From contig JBBTUG010000012.1 of the NCBI GenBank assembly GCA_038063895.1, forward strand, positions 78,165-142,164: a DNA stretch of 64,000 nt, given 5' to 3'. Each line of letters opens with the position of its first letter. Position 1 is the stretch's first letter. Below, piece after piece: positions 38,671 to 49,171 of the stretch. Origin of the DNA: Patescibacteria group bacterium (GTDB lineage Bacteria > Patescibacteriota > WWE3 > JAMCXX01 > JBBTUG01). A program made the translations under genes and the position numbers. Below the pieces are notes generated by a model. The model was not told the origin of the DNA and did no database searches. It saw only the letters and a list, made by a program, of their open reading frames with translations.

Positions 38671-40200
38671 TTATTTTCGGTCAACGACGATAGTGATATG
38701 GTCCTTAATTCCCGGAACTTTCTGCCAGAATTTTAGGACCGGGAATACTTCCAAACGGGCGGCGTCGATTCCGGGTAGGGAGGTCAGGTAGGAGTTGGCT
38801 TCCGCAAAACCCTGTCCCGCTAGGTCTTCTTGGATTTTCGCTGTGTCCAACCGTGGGACGATATAACCTTTAACCTTTGCCGTAAACTTAAGCACCCCGC
38901 CCTCCGTCCGCACGCCCGTCACGGAAACACTTTTGTCCTGGGAGTAAAGTTCGTAATTAACCGGGACTAAGTCCTTAAGAATCTCGCCCAATAACTCATC
39001 CAGCGCCTGCGGCGAATAGGCAAGAGCGCTGGCCTGTTTCTCCAACTCCAGATTAAATTTATCCGCTTCGTCCCCAACATTTTTATCGAAAGTTTTTTTA
39101 ACCGTTGTTGCCACCAGCGCCCCTTCTTCCAGCTTCTGGTCCCCCACGAGGCGGGAACGCAAGTCCGCCTTCAGTTTTTCTTCCAAGTCCTGACTTAAGG
39201 CCTCAAGGATCTTTTGCTGATCGTCTTTGGTTATTACCTTGACCAACCGAACGGCCCCACCCGAAAAGGATTCCTTGTTTTGCGCAATAAAATCGGCGGT
39301 GGAAAGATCGCCAATACTGAAGGTTTGGTTGGGGGTAAGATTTCCGGCCGGACCGAGCACGACCGCGCTCACCGAGGCTTCCGCCTGGCCGAAGACAAAG
39401 CCCGGTTGAGGGGTGATCACGGAGGAACGGGCCGGGACGCTGATGTCCGAAGACAGCGAAAAAGCCAAATCCCCTCCCGATTCGACGGCAATCCGCCGGA
39501 GCACTGTTCCCTTCCGGATATTCCGGCTGGCTTCAGTTTTATTATAAATTGTAACTTTGCCGAGAGCTTTTTCCCCGGCTTCTTTCTTTCCGGTAGCCTC
39601 GCCCTCACCCTTGCCTTTGGCCGAAGCCGAAATTACAACGGCGGGAATAATCCTTTGTTTTACATCCGCTTTTTCCGCCGAAGTGGAAGCTTCAACTTCG
39701 ATGCTCTTCACCAGAGATTCGGAACTGACCGTCAAAGTCACGGTCGCGCGGGGAATGTAATTCAAAAGGAAGATAGTCAGCCCACCGATAGCCAGAAGAA
39801 TAAATACCCCGACAAAAAGCCATGGGAGGCGAAGCGAGGGGGGAAGGAATTTCGGCAATTGGGGCAACTTCGGCAGAGTAAATATTTTCGGAAAAGTTGT
39901 CTTCACTTTTTCTTGAGGCTCCGCAATGTCCTTGCCCGGAATAAACCCAAAAGCTGAAGGGGCGATTGACGCTGCCTCTCGGAAACCGGCGACCAGTTCT
40001 TCACTGACTGCATCCTGCGGAGTGAAGATCAGGTTTTTCTTTAGGATTTTCGCCTCTCTTAATAACAATTTGAGGTTAAGGCGGTTTTGCGTCCAAAGAA
40101 AAGCGGCACTTACCGGCAGGGAGATGTTTTCCTCCGGACAATTTTTTATCTTGTTGATAACGGAAAAAAGATTATCGTTAGGTTCTAAAAAAAGCGTCAA
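38671..40200 (-). CDS. Single-pass membrane protein, baseplate-J-like extracytoplasmic domain
   Basis: Central TM, PRATVTL, ATGKK..GEKA.G.VTIYN, FSGG; TTG start after AGGAG. Confidence 0.6.
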   Translation of the reverse strand: MTLFLEPNDNLFSVINKIKNCPEENISLPVSAAFLWTQNRLNLKLLLREAKILKKNLIFTPQDAVSEELVAGFREAASIAPSAFGFIPGKDIAEPQEKVKTTFPKIFTLPKLPQLPKFLPPSLRLPWLFVGVFILLAIGGLTIFLLNYIPRATVTLTVSSESLVKSIEVEASTSAEKADVKQRIIPAVVISASAKGKGEGEATGKKEAGEKALGKVTIYNKTEASRNIRKGTVLRRIAVESGGDLAFSLSSDISVPARSSVITPQPGFVFGQAEASVSAVVLGPAGNLTPNQTFSIGDLSTADFIAQNKESFSGGAVRLVKVITKDDQQKILEALSQDLEEKLKADLRSRLVGDQKLEEGALVATTVKKTFDKNVGDEADKFNLELEKQASALAYSPQALDELLGEILKDLVPVNYELYSQDKSVSVTGVRTEGGVLKFTAKVKGYIVPRLDTAKIQEDLAGQGFAEANSYLTSLPGIDAARLEVFPVLKFWQKVPGIKDHITIVVDRK

Positions 40201-41419
40201 CGCTACTCCTTTCCCGATTTTCCTGCAACCCGGTAAAGCCAAGGGCGAGGGGCAAAAGATCCCAGTCGCCCAGAATATGACTACTGTGGTTTTCGAGGAA
40301 AGAATCGGTACTCGACAGACTGACCGGAATTATTTTCGGGCAATCTCTGAAAGGCAGGATAGAAGTCCAGGGAAAAGCCGCTAAGCGTCCTGACAGTTCC
40401 GGTAAAATACTGCCGCCGCCGGAGAGGACAAACCGGTTCGGAAAAGTTTTCACGCCGGAGAAATCGGAAAGCGCGGTTTCCAGTCCGGCCAACCACAGAC
40501 TGATAAAAGCGTGCACCGCGTCTTTAACAGCCGGCAAATGCTCCCCGGCGGGTTGACCCTGCAGATAACTTATTTTCTCCGTTTCCGCTTCGGAGTAAGA
40601 AACCATTAGACGGTCCCGGATTAACTGGGTTAGATGGCTGCCGCCGACACCCCAACTGCGGCTGCCGATCAGCTGTCCCCCAAAAACAACGGCAATGTCC
40701 GTTTTTTCGCCGCCGATATCTGCTAGCAGCGTGTTAATTTTTTTATCCGGACCGGCAATAACACGGGTAAGGGCGGAGAGTTGTCCGATGCATCGGTACT
40801 CGGAAATTTTTAGCAATTTCAGCAAGGCCCTAAGCCTTTCCAGGTAAACCCGGGGCGCGACCGTATTTCTTAGCGAAATTTCTAAGACCTTGCCGGTAAA
40901 GCCCAACGGCTCCTCAAGATCATAACCATCAACCTTGAAATTAGAAAGGCGGCTGTCAACAATCTCTGCCTCCAACTGCGTACTGCCGGAGATGTCCGTC
41001 AACTCCTTTTCCACTTCCAGAAAAGAGGCTTCCCGGACTTTTTGGGAGATTTTCGAAAGCTCGCTTTCCTCCAAAATACTTTCCGGTGCCTCACGGGTAA
41101 TCTTTATCTGGGTTAAAAACTCCTGGACAGCCGCGCCCGAAAGTCCGATGATAACTTTTTCCGGCTTAAGGCCGGCCGCCACAGATACCTCCTCAATAAC
41201 CTCTTCCGCTCTCCCGGCTACGGCGGCGATATCGATTAACATCCCCTCCCGGACCGCGTTCTCAGCCTGAAACTGCCTGCTGTAGCCCAAAAGGGAAAGT
41301 TTGGTTTCGGAGAGACGGGAAAAAACAGCAGCCTTAATGTAGCTGCTACCGAGGTCCAGAACAAGAAAAGACGGCTCCGATTCCGGGTTTTTGTGAAGAA
41401 TATTGGGCAGATTAAACAT
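40178..41419 (-). CDS. FtsA-like actin-fold ATPase
   Basis: LDLGSSYIK, DIGGEKTD, GGSHLT, LSGGGS; start ATG 41419. Confidence 0.8.
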   Translation of the reverse strand: MFNLPNILHKNPESEPSFLVLDLGSSYIKAAVFSRLSETKLSLLGYSRQFQAENAVREGMLIDIAAVAGRAEEVIEEVSVAAGLKPEKVIIGLSGAAVQEFLTQIKITREAPESILEESELSKISQKVREASFLEVEKELTDISGSTQLEAEIVDSRLSNFKVDGYDLEEPLGFTGKVLEISLRNTVAPRVYLERLRALLKLLKISEYRCIGQLSALTRVIAGPDKKINTLLADIGGEKTDIAVVFGGQLIGSRSWGVGGSHLTQLIRDRLMVSYSEAETEKISYLQGQPAGEHLPAVKDAVHAFISLWLAGLETALSDFSGVKTFPNRFVLSGGGSILPELSGRLAAFPWTSILPFRDCPKIIPVSLSSTDSFLENHSSHILGDWDLLPLALGFTGLQENRERSSVDAFFRT

Positions 41420-41423
41420 ATTC

Positions 41424-43172
41424 TTAACCTTCCACAGTCGCGTAAATCCGCCGGATACCCCGGCCGACAGCTTCCTCTTTATCAACCCGGAACTTAAGCA
41501 ACTGACCAGAAGAAGCGGCGTGCGGGCCGCCGCAAAGCTCCCGGGAAAAATCCCCGATTGAATAGAGAGTAACCGCATCGACCTTCTGGTATTTTTCTTC
41601 AAACATGGCCTCCGCTCCGGAGCGGACAGCCTTCGCAAAAGTAGTCGCCTCGGCTTTTACCGGTAAGTCTTTTTTAATCTGCTCGTTAACCAGCTCTTCC
41701 ACTTGTTTCAGCTCTTCGGGAGTAAGTTTCCGGTCAAAAGTAAAATCGTGCCGGAGGCGGGACGGGGAAATTTTCTGTCCGGCCTGGTGAACAGAGACCC
41801 CTAAAATCCGGCGGAGGGCGGCATTTAATAAGTGTGCTCCGGTGTGCGCGGTTTTTATTTTTTCCGGTTCGTACGATTCTTTCCGGGCGGCGGACCGTGC
41901 CCGGTCCTGCTGCTGGCTCATTTGCTGTTCAAACTTTTCTGTATTAACAGTTCGTCCGCGCTTACGTGCTTCGGAAAGCGTGAAAGACAGTGGCAGACCA
42001 AAGGTGTCAAACAATTTAAAGGCGTCAATATCCGCGCCCATTTTTTCAAGCTCCCGCCTACCCCGCTCCAGCGTCTGGGCAAAAACTTTTTCCTCTTCCA
42101 TCAAAACTTCAATAATCGAAGTTTTCGCGCTGCGCAGAGGCGGATAAATATCGCCGTAACGCTCAATAACTTTTTCCGCCAACTGACCTAAAAAGTGTCC
42201 GTGGATCTCCAGCTCCTCGGCCCGCTCTAGGGAGCGGCGGATAAGTTTCCTTAAAACGTAACCTCTTTCAACATTGGAGGGAACAATGCCTTCCGCGGCA
42301 ATAAAGGTCATCGCCCGGACGTGATCGGCAATTATCCGGAAAGCTTTGGTTAAAGAGGGATCTTGCCCGTAAGTCTTTTCCGCAATAGTTTCAATGGTTT
42401 GGATAATCGGGAAAAAAAGATCGGTTTCATAGTTGGAAGCAGTATTTTGTAAAATCGCCGTAATCCGGTCCAGCCCGGCCCCGGTATCAACGCTGAGAAA
42501 AGGCAGTTTTTCGTATTGGTTTTCTCCGGTCCGGTTATACTGCATAAATACTCCCGCGTTCCAAATTTCGTAAAACCGCCCGCACCCGCAGGTCGGTCCG
42601 CAGTCGGGCCCGCAGGCAAATTGAAGCCCGCGGTCGTAAAGGACTTCCGTACAGGGACCGCAGGGGCCGGTGGGTCCGGAAACCCAAAGATTCTCCCCGG
42701 CCGGACGGCGGAGGACCCGTTCTTTCGGCAAACCGGCAGAAGTCCAGTACTCAACTGTCTCATCGTCTGCCGGCAGATATTCATTTCCGGCAAAAACGGT
42801 AGCGTAAAGTTGCTCCGGGTCGAAACCGAAACCCTCGGCCTTATCCGTTAACAACTGCCAGGCAAATTCAACCGCTTCCCGTTTTCCGTACCCCCCAATT
42901 GACCAACTACCCATCATTTCGAAAAAAGTGTGATGATTAGAATCTCCAATGTTATCCAAATCTTCCGTCCGCAAACAGGGTTGAATATCAACTAACCTTT
43001 CGGAGGGGGGCGGCTTAATTCCCAAAAAATAAGGCTTCAATGGGGCCATTCCTGAATTGGTAAATAGCAAAGTGGGATCGTACTCAGGCACTAAAGATGC
43101 CTGAGGGATAATAAGGTGATCGCGCTTGGCGAAGAAGTTAAGAAAAGTTTCCCGAACCTGCTCACTGGTCAT
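41424..43172 (-). CDS. alaS: Alanine--tRNA ligase, compact form without C-Ala domain
   Basis: DPTLLFTNSGM, HHTFFEM, GPCGPC, DTGAGLDR, editing HTGAH and CGGPH; start ATG 43172. Confidence 0.95.
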   Translation of the reverse strand: MTSEQVRETFLNFFAKRDHLIIPQASLVPEYDPTLLFTNSGMAPLKPYFLGIKPPPSERLVDIQPCLRTEDLDNIGDSNHHTFFEMMGSWSIGGYGKREAVEFAWQLLTDKAEGFGFDPEQLYATVFAGNEYLPADDETVEYWTSAGLPKERVLRRPAGENLWVSGPTGPCGPCTEVLYDRGLQFACGPDCGPTCGCGRFYEIWNAGVFMQYNRTGENQYEKLPFLSVDTGAGLDRITAILQNTASNYETDLFFPIIQTIETIAEKTYGQDPSLTKAFRIIADHVRAMTFIAAEGIVPSNVERGYVLRKLIRRSLERAEELEIHGHFLGQLAEKVIERYGDIYPPLRSAKTSIIEVLMEEEKVFAQTLERGRRELEKMGADIDAFKLFDTFGLPLSFTLSEARKRGRTVNTEKFEQQMSQQQDRARSAARKESYEPEKIKTAHTGAHLLNAALRRILGVSVHQAGQKISPSRLRHDFTFDRKLTPEELKQVEELVNEQIKKDLPVKAEATTFAKAVRSGAEAMFEEKYQKVDAVTLYSIGDFSRELCGGPHAASSGQLLKFRVDKEEAVGRGIRRIYATVEG

Positions 43173-43354
43173 TAACCAAAATATAACACTAAATATCCCC
43201 CCTTTCCATCCCTGCACGATACGTTTCGAAGATTGAGGACAAACCGAAACGAGCGCTGAGTTCGGCCAAATGCCCGTCCCCAGAATCAGATAGTATGTGC
43301 TAAACACACATTACGCGTCGGTAGCTTTTTTAGTACTTCCAATCTTTTTATAAG

Positions 43355-44506
43355 TTAGACCTGGTCGGGTTCTTCTGGTTCTCCCGATTGTAATAATTTG
43401 ATCTGTGGCAAAGCCTGGCCGGCGATACCTGTCATACTACCGTAGATACCCGAAACTCCTAATAGCAGCCTGTCAACCTGTATCTCTCTGAGTTTCCAGG
43501 ATCTTTCAGCCGACGCACGTTCTTTAGATATTTGTCCCTTCATCTCTAAATATGTTTCCGCCATTCTTTCAACTTGTTGTGCAAATTCATGACTCGTCAC
43601 GAAGTCGTACATTTCCTCGGCCGTACTTTGTTTTAGCGTAACTGTTGCTTTTTCTTTTGCCACATCGTAAAGATTTTTACGCAAAAGCGCCCCTAAGGGT
43701 TCTATAAGCTTTGGGCTAACAATCCAAACGCCGCCTTTTTCTCCTATTTCTTTTTTAAAATCAATCGGCAGGGCTTCGCTCACAATCACCCCTATATGGG
43801 CCTTATCTCGTTGTACATCTCCCTTTAACTTACTGATCCAGCTATCAGACCACGCTTTAGTTCTTTTACTTTCCCAGATTATTTTCCCGCATATTGTACC
43901 CCGGGCTGTTTTTATGGTATGCCGTATATCCCCACCCAATTCGCCTTTCTTAATCTCTTCTACCCCATCAGTGGGAAATAATCGCCTAAGCGTTTCTTCA
44001 AGATCAAGCTCTTGCACCTCACCCTGCAACTGCTGCGATCCTTGGTTTGCTTTTCGATTTGCGTCTTCGAGGGCTTTCGCTAGATCTGCCTTTTGCTTTT
44101 CGTATTCGGCAAACTTGAGTTTATCTTTCTCTATTTGTTCCTCCGTCGCTTTTAATCGTATCTTTTCGCGCTCTTCGTCCATTTGCCGTTGTTTTTCTAG
44201 CTCAAAGCTACGCCGGGCCTCATCTAATTCCCGTTTTTCCTTTCGTATTGCAAGTTCAGCATCCTCTGCCTTCTGCGCCCGGCCCTTTAAATTATTAATT
44301 TGTTCATCCTTGTCTTTCAGATCTTTAGAAAGTTGTTCTTTTGCTTTACTTTCTGCCGTTTCCGCCGCTTGTTTTCTCGCATCTTCGAGTTCCTGGAGGT
44401 GACGAGACTGAATAGACACAAGAATACGCTCTTCAGTTTGATGTGCTAGTGCTTCCGATACTTCAATCTCAAAACCGCACTTTTTGCACTTAATCGTTGT
44501 GTTCAT
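43355..44506 (-). CDS. DUF2130-family coiled-coil protein
   Basis: N-terminal CxxC, long coiled coil, GSQQLQGEVQE, IIWESKRTKAWS..WI.KLK. Confidence 0.8.
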   Translation of the reverse strand: MNTTIKCKKCGFEIEVSEALAHQTEERILVSIQSRHLQELEDARKQAAETAESKAKEQLSKDLKDKDEQINNLKGRAQKAEDAELAIRKEKRELDEARRSFELEKQRQMDEEREKIRLKATEEQIEKDKLKFAEYEKQKADLAKALEDANRKANQGSQQLQGEVQELDLEETLRRLFPTDGVEEIKKGELGGDIRHTIKTARGTICGKIIWESKRTKAWSDSWISKLKGDVQRDKAHIGVIVSEALPIDFKKEIGEKGGVWIVSPKLIEPLGALLRKNLYDVAKEKATVTLKQSTAEEMYDFVTSHEFAQQVERMAETYLEMKGQISKERASAERSWKLREIQVDRLLLGVSGIYGSMTGIAGQALPQIKLLQSGEPEEPDQV

Positions 44507-45942
44507 AATTTTATCCTTAATTTTACTAGTTCCGTGTTAATCCACTCTTTCGCTTCCTTTTCGTTCTTCTCAATCGCCGTTTCCACGCCGTGCTTGGCGA
44601 TTTCAAGCAGAGCCTTTGACGAGTTCCCATCATTAAATGATTCTTCAACAAGTTTCTTGATTTCCTCTTGCTTATCGTTTTTCAAAAGGGGAATTATCGT
44701 TGCTGTGACTTGATCGGGTCGCCAATGATTAATAATCGATCCGCCGGCATCGCGTTCAATTTGTTTTTGGACGATCACGGAATTTAAAACAAGCGTCAGA
44801 TATTCCGGCAATACTTTTCGACTATCTACTATTAATCTCAAAATACCACCAGAAACTATCATTTTTTGCGATTCTTCGTTCAGATAATAGGCTAGGCCGG
44901 GCGTTGCGTCTTTTGAAAGCAATATCTCGCCTTTCTTCGGCTGATGAATTTTTAGTTCGTTGTACAATTCTTCGGATATAAACTGCTGATTGTTGTCGGA
45001 AAGCTCAAATTTAGAAATATTGCTCACGCGGACAAACGGCACGCCATTTTCTTTGTATGCGTCACTTCCTGGTTCAACGCTTTTTTTGATTTTCACTAAA
45101 TTCCCCAATTCATCAAACCCCCCTTTGTATTTTTTTACTGCAGCAATAAGTTCATCATATTTTGGCTGGAAATATTCCGCGTCGGCGCGCTCGGCGTACT
45201 TTACGCCAGAAAGTTTAACGACAAATACTAAGTCGTCTTCAACTTGATAATCCTTTAATCCCAATTCTTCCAAAAGCAGGTTTTCAGCGTTTGAATAATG
45301 TTGAGCTGCTACGATTTTATATTTTCTTGAGCTCTTTATAAGAGAATCAATTTTCTGCTGAAAAGAAATACTAGTAATCGGAATAGTAATATTTTCAACT
45401 TCCCTGCAATTTAGATTTACCTGCTCGGTTTGACGGCTTTGTTGCCAGAGCTGATACCGTCCATATTTTCCTCTTAAAAAAGATTCTAGGTAAGAAGAAA
45501 GGATAGTATCCAAGGGTCTAATCAAGGCTATATTCTGATTTATATTCATCTTTGGATCATCGACGAAAACCCGAGCGGTTCTCCCTACGATTTCATAGGA
45601 AGCACCTATTATAGTAACCAGAACATCCCTCTCTTTTGGTTCAGAGTATTTTCTACTTTCACCCACCGGTAAATTATCAGCGAATTCAAATTTAATCTCC
45701 CCGTCTCTAAGAGAATCGGTCTTTATAAACTTAATATCTGTACCGTCTTGTCTACAAATCCGCCGTTTTGGAGTTGTCCCCGTTAAAACAGGCCGGGATA
45801 CTAATTCCTTTAGTATTTTGGAACGTAAACCAGAATCACTAATGACTTTTTTGATTGACAAATATTCCGGTTGGTAATATTCCGCATCCAGCCGTAAGGA
45901 ACCTTCGAGTTGGGATTTTTGGATAACTGAATAGTTCATCAC
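44503..45942 (-). CDS. Restriction-modification specificity subunit (two TRDs)
   Basis: Internal repeat RLDAEYYQPEY / RADAEYFQPKY; HsdS-like NQNIALIR and PEYLTLVLNS. Confidence 0.85.
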   Translation of the reverse strand: MMNYSVIQKSQLEGSLRLDAEYYQPEYLSIKKVISDSGLRSKILKELVSRPVLTGTTPKRRICRQDGTDIKFIKTDSLRDGEIKFEFADNLPVGESRKYSEPKERDVLVTIIGASYEIVGRTARVFVDDPKMNINQNIALIRPLDTILSSYLESFLRGKYGRYQLWQQSRQTEQVNLNCREVENITIPITSISFQQKIDSLIKSSRKYKIVAAQHYSNAENLLLEELGLKDYQVEDDLVFVVKLSGVKYAERADAEYFQPKYDELIAAVKKYKGGFDELGNLVKIKKSVEPGSDAYKENGVPFVRVSNISKFELSDNNQQFISEELYNELKIHQPKKGEILLSKDATPGLAYYLNEESQKMIVSGGILRLIVDSRKVLPEYLTLVLNSVIVQKQIERDAGGSIINHWRPDQVTATIIPLLKNDKQEEIKKLVEESFNDGNSSKALLEIAKHGVETAIEKNEKEAKEWINTELVKLRIKL

Positions 45943-46553
45943 AGGGGTTTGATTTTTGAGTATTTCAAAATTTCTATATAGGAAAGAAAAGCCTTGCCCG
46001 TGTTTGTTATCATAATATTACCTTCTTCATCGTTGGCTATTAAACCAGAGTTGAATAAGAAGCTTAGATAGTCTCCTATGTTGTAGTTTTTATGTATTGG
46101 GTATTGATTTTGTAGCCCTTGAAAAAACCCATTTTGCCCAGTGTTTGTTAAATGAGTGACTCTATTTAAAAACTCTAATAATCTTATCTGACTTCCAAAT
46201 ATAAAGTTGTAGATTCTTTCGAAACCTAAATAGACTTGCGTATTAGCCAGTTCATTCTGGAGTTTCCTTTCGTTATCCCCTAAACTCTTGATTTTTTCTT
46301 CATACTCATCTTTAATTTTGTTTAGGTTGGTATCCACTGATTTATTAAGGTCTTCTTCCTGTAACTCTTTTGTTTTTTTATTTTGTTCTTCGATTTGGTC
46401 CCCAATATCAATCTGCGTATCGCCAGGCCCTTTAATACTTTTAATTCCAGCAATCAGGTTTCTGATACTCGATCTAAAGTAAATTAGTGAGCAGGAAACA
46501 ATGAAGGGCCAGGTAATTGCTTTTGTGTAATCCAATAAAAGTTTCCAATCCAT
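45939..46553 (-). CDS. Hypothetical membrane protein with coiled coil and wHTH-like C-terminus
   Basis: N-terminal TM (AITWPFIVSCSLIYF), IFGSQIRLL, ITNTGKAFL; AT-rich. Confidence 0.6.
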   Translation of the reverse strand: MDWKLLLDYTKAITWPFIVSCSLIYFRSSIRNLIAGIKSIKGPGDTQIDIGDQIEEQNKKTKELQEEDLNKSVDTNLNKIKDEYEEKIKSLGDNERKLQNELANTQVYLGFERIYNFIFGSQIRLLEFLNRVTHLTNTGQNGFFQGLQNQYPIHKNYNIGDYLSFLFNSGLIANDEEGNIMITNTGKAFLSYIEILKYSKIKPL

Positions 46554-46555
46554 TT

Positions 46556-48517
46556 CTACCTCCAAAAACTAAATTTTTGCTCCTTGGCGAATTTAATAAA
46601 GGCTTCGGCGATTTCGTCTAAGTCGTGGTCAAGAACCTTGCGAAAGTTGGCGTCGTGGACGTGATTTCCGTCTGCGTCTTTCTTGTAAAGATAATCACCG
46701 GAGTTGTCTTTCCCCGGCCTCTTGGAGACAGCCATAAAAATTGGGTAGTCGGGTAGCGGTTCTCCCGTTTCTCCGCCCCATTTCTGCAAAAACAAAACAG
46801 ATGTCTTTGTTCCGGTATGGGGCTTAAAGGTATTGCCATGGAGTCCGACCACTGCCAAAATCCGCGCTTTTTCGAATAGATATTCGCGAATGTATTCCAT
46901 ATTGGTGTTATTTAAGACGCCTTGGGGTAGCACAATGGCTATTCGTCCTCCGGGTCGTACCATATCCAAAGCCCGCTCAATAAATAAAATGTGCCTTTCG
47001 ACTTTATTAACTAACTTTCCCTTCTTTTTTCCAAAATCATATTGGCGAAGTATCCCGGTGTCCTTGATTTCACCGGCGAAAGGGGGGTTAGTCAAAAGTA
47101 AATCAAAATTAAAATTGTGAAACGTTTTTCTATTTTCTTCGTTGTCCGATGAATTAACGCTTTCCAATAACCTTGTTTGGAGCTTGGCTCGTGCATCCAA
47201 AAGATTACCGCTTTCACCTTGCCACTCTCGGGGATCCAGCGAATTAAGTTTAAACATGTGTGACCTCCCGTCGCCGGCAATCAGCATCAAAGCCCGGGAA
47301 ACTTTGGAGATTTCCTCGGCAAAGTCAATTCCCCAGAGATGTTCTTTTGAATACTCTTTAACCGACTCGTCAACCCGGCCTAAGTACTTTTCCTTTATCC
47401 AGTTCATCGTTTGGATAAGAAAACCGCCGGAACCGGCGGCCGGATCGATTATGTATTCACTACTCTTTGGGTTTAGCATTTTAACCGCCATGGCAATAAC
47501 GTGACGGGGTGTGAAATATTGACCCTTCTTACCCTTGGCCACTTCCGGAATCAAATACTCAAAGGCTTCGTCCACGATGGATAAATCGGAACCAAACAAG
47601 CGCGCTTTCTCTAATTCCGCTACAACAATCGACAGGTGTTCAGGGGAAAGGTTAATATTTTCCTGCTCCAAAAACGTCCCCGGCCATTTTTTAATTGCTT
47701 GTTTAAAGAGATTGTTAATAACGGAGTAGGTTTTGGCTTGGTCTTTGTACTTGCGGAAAAATACTTCTTTGTCTGAACGATTCAGCCGGGCTTCATTTTC
47801 GTCGAAAAGTTTCGCGTAAACGAGCTTAAAGACCTCGGTAAAAACATCCACGCCGGCGTTAGCCAGAACAAGCTCCTCCATTTGTTCGATGATTTCTTTG
47901 AGATTGGCGCTTTTATCGGTATATTCAAAAAGAGTTTTTTTAGACTCTAAAAGATCGTCGATCGTTTTTCCGGCAGAGGGCAAGTCCGGCAGAGTATCAT
48001 TGAATTCTTTGGGGTAGGGACGGTACAAAATAATTCTTTTTACCCCGTTGGACCAAAGGCCAATCTCCGCCCCTTCCGCCGAAAGGTAGCTTTTAAGCTG
48101 CTCAATGCCTCTACTCTCGGTTGGGCTTTTAACTTCAATAATAATGTAGGGAGTAATTTTGTCCGGTTTATAGACAACCACGTCCGCGGCCTTCGCGTGG
48201 ATTTCTCGGCCAAAGTGGACGCTTTTTTCGGTGTCGATTCGGTCAAGCGGATACTGGTAGTAAGTGTTGAGTTTATGGATCCATAACTGGCGGACAATTT
48301 CTTCCGGTTTCCCGGTTTGTTTCCGGTCGTCAAAAACGAATTTTTGACCGCCCGATTTTAAATCTTTCACATAAAAACGGTGGGGCTCGTCTTCAGTTAT
48401 GTGTAAAACTTCCGCGATTTCTACCTCGCTAAACTCCCTTAATCCGTAGACTGTATCACTATCTCCAAAAACTTTGTCTATGATTTCACTTGATTTGTTG
48501 GGCTTAATTGTTGGCAT
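46556..48517 (-). CDS. Fused restriction endonuclease/N6-adenine methyltransferase (type IIB/type I-like)
   Basis: EEIVRQ..ADVVV..IIIEVK nuclease; GQYFTPR, DPAAGSGGF, NPPF; start ATG 48517. Confidence 0.9.
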   Translation of the reverse strand: MPTIKPNKSSEIIDKVFGDSDTVYGLREFSEVEIAEVLHITEDEPHRFYVKDLKSGGQKFVFDDRKQTGKPEEIVRQLWIHKLNTYYQYPLDRIDTEKSVHFGREIHAKAADVVVYKPDKITPYIIIEVKSPTESRGIEQLKSYLSAEGAEIGLWSNGVKRIILYRPYPKEFNDTLPDLPSAGKTIDDLLESKKTLFEYTDKSANLKEIIEQMEELVLANAGVDVFTEVFKLVYAKLFDENEARLNRSDKEVFFRKYKDQAKTYSVINNLFKQAIKKWPGTFLEQENINLSPEHLSIVVAELEKARLFGSDLSIVDEAFEYLIPEVAKGKKGQYFTPRHVIAMAVKMLNPKSSEYIIDPAAGSGGFLIQTMNWIKEKYLGRVDESVKEYSKEHLWGIDFAEEISKVSRALMLIAGDGRSHMFKLNSLDPREWQGESGNLLDARAKLQTRLLESVNSSDNEENRKTFHNFNFDLLLTNPPFAGEIKDTGILRQYDFGKKKGKLVNKVERHILFIERALDMVRPGGRIAIVLPQGVLNNTNMEYIREYLFEKARILAVVGLHGNTFKPHTGTKTSVLFLQKWGGETGEPLPDYPIFMAVSKRPGKDNSGDYLYKKDADGNHVHDANFRKVLDHDLDEIAEAFIKFAKEQKFSFWR

Positions 48518-48524
48518 AAAACAT

Positions 48525-49163
48525 CTAGCTAACCTGACTCCATCGGTTATTCTTAAATAAAGAAACAACCTTGCCGATTAGTTTCATTTCCTCGGTTATG
48601 GGAATTATTGGATAGTTCGGGTTCTCCGGTTTTAAGTAAACGTATGGTGGCGTGTCCGTGGAAACAAAACGTTTAATGGTGGTTTCTCCATTTATATCCG
48701 CCAAGACCACGTTCCCCGAAACAAATTCCTTGTCCGCTTTTACTAGAACCAAATCTTCATCTTCTATCCCCGCGTTAATCATGGAATCTCCATGAACTTT
48801 TAGAACAAAAACTTCGTCGTCGAGCTGTTCTAAGTCGTTAGAGACCTTCCGCCAGTTTCCGGATATTTCTATTGCTTCCGCTGGTTTACCTGCCGTTGTG
48901 GTTCCAAAAATCGGAACTAGAGATGGACGGGAAAGCTCTTTATACCCTAATGGTAAGACGGTAACACCTCTGGCGGTGGCTTCGTTCCTCTTTATTAATT
49001 TATGGTTCTCCAATTTGGACAGTAGATCAAGGATAGATTGATTTGAGGAAACATTGAGTTTATCTTTCATTTCTTCGAAAGTTGGGGGATAACCGGTAAC
49101 ATCAATAAAGTTGTATATCACCTCAAGAAGCTCTCTTTGTCTTTTTGTGACAGCCTTTTTCAT
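48525..49163 (-). CDS. lexA: LexA-family repressor
   Basis: TKRQ..GYPPT HTH, AG cleavage site, GDSM serine, TIKR lysine. Confidence 0.88.
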   Translation of the reverse strand: MKKAVTKRQRELLEVIYNFIDVTGYPPTFEEMKDKLNVSSNQSILDLLSKLENHKLIKRNEATARGVTVLPLGYKELSRPSLVPIFGTTTAGKPAEAIEISGNWRKVSNDLEQLDDEVFVLKVHGDSMINAGIEDEDLVLVKADKEFVSGNVVLADINGETTIKRFVSTDTPPYVYLKPENPNYPIIPITEEMKLIGKVVSLFKNNRWSQVS

Positions 49164-49171
49164 ACACTAGT

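Noticed and set aside
43173-43307. 45-aa N-terminal extension of AlaRS
   Set aside because: Homology starts at MTSEQVR (ATG 43172); the extension is an ORF-caller artefact. Likewise for extended starts of rpsE, rplE, rplR, the PHP gene and the ftsA-like gene.
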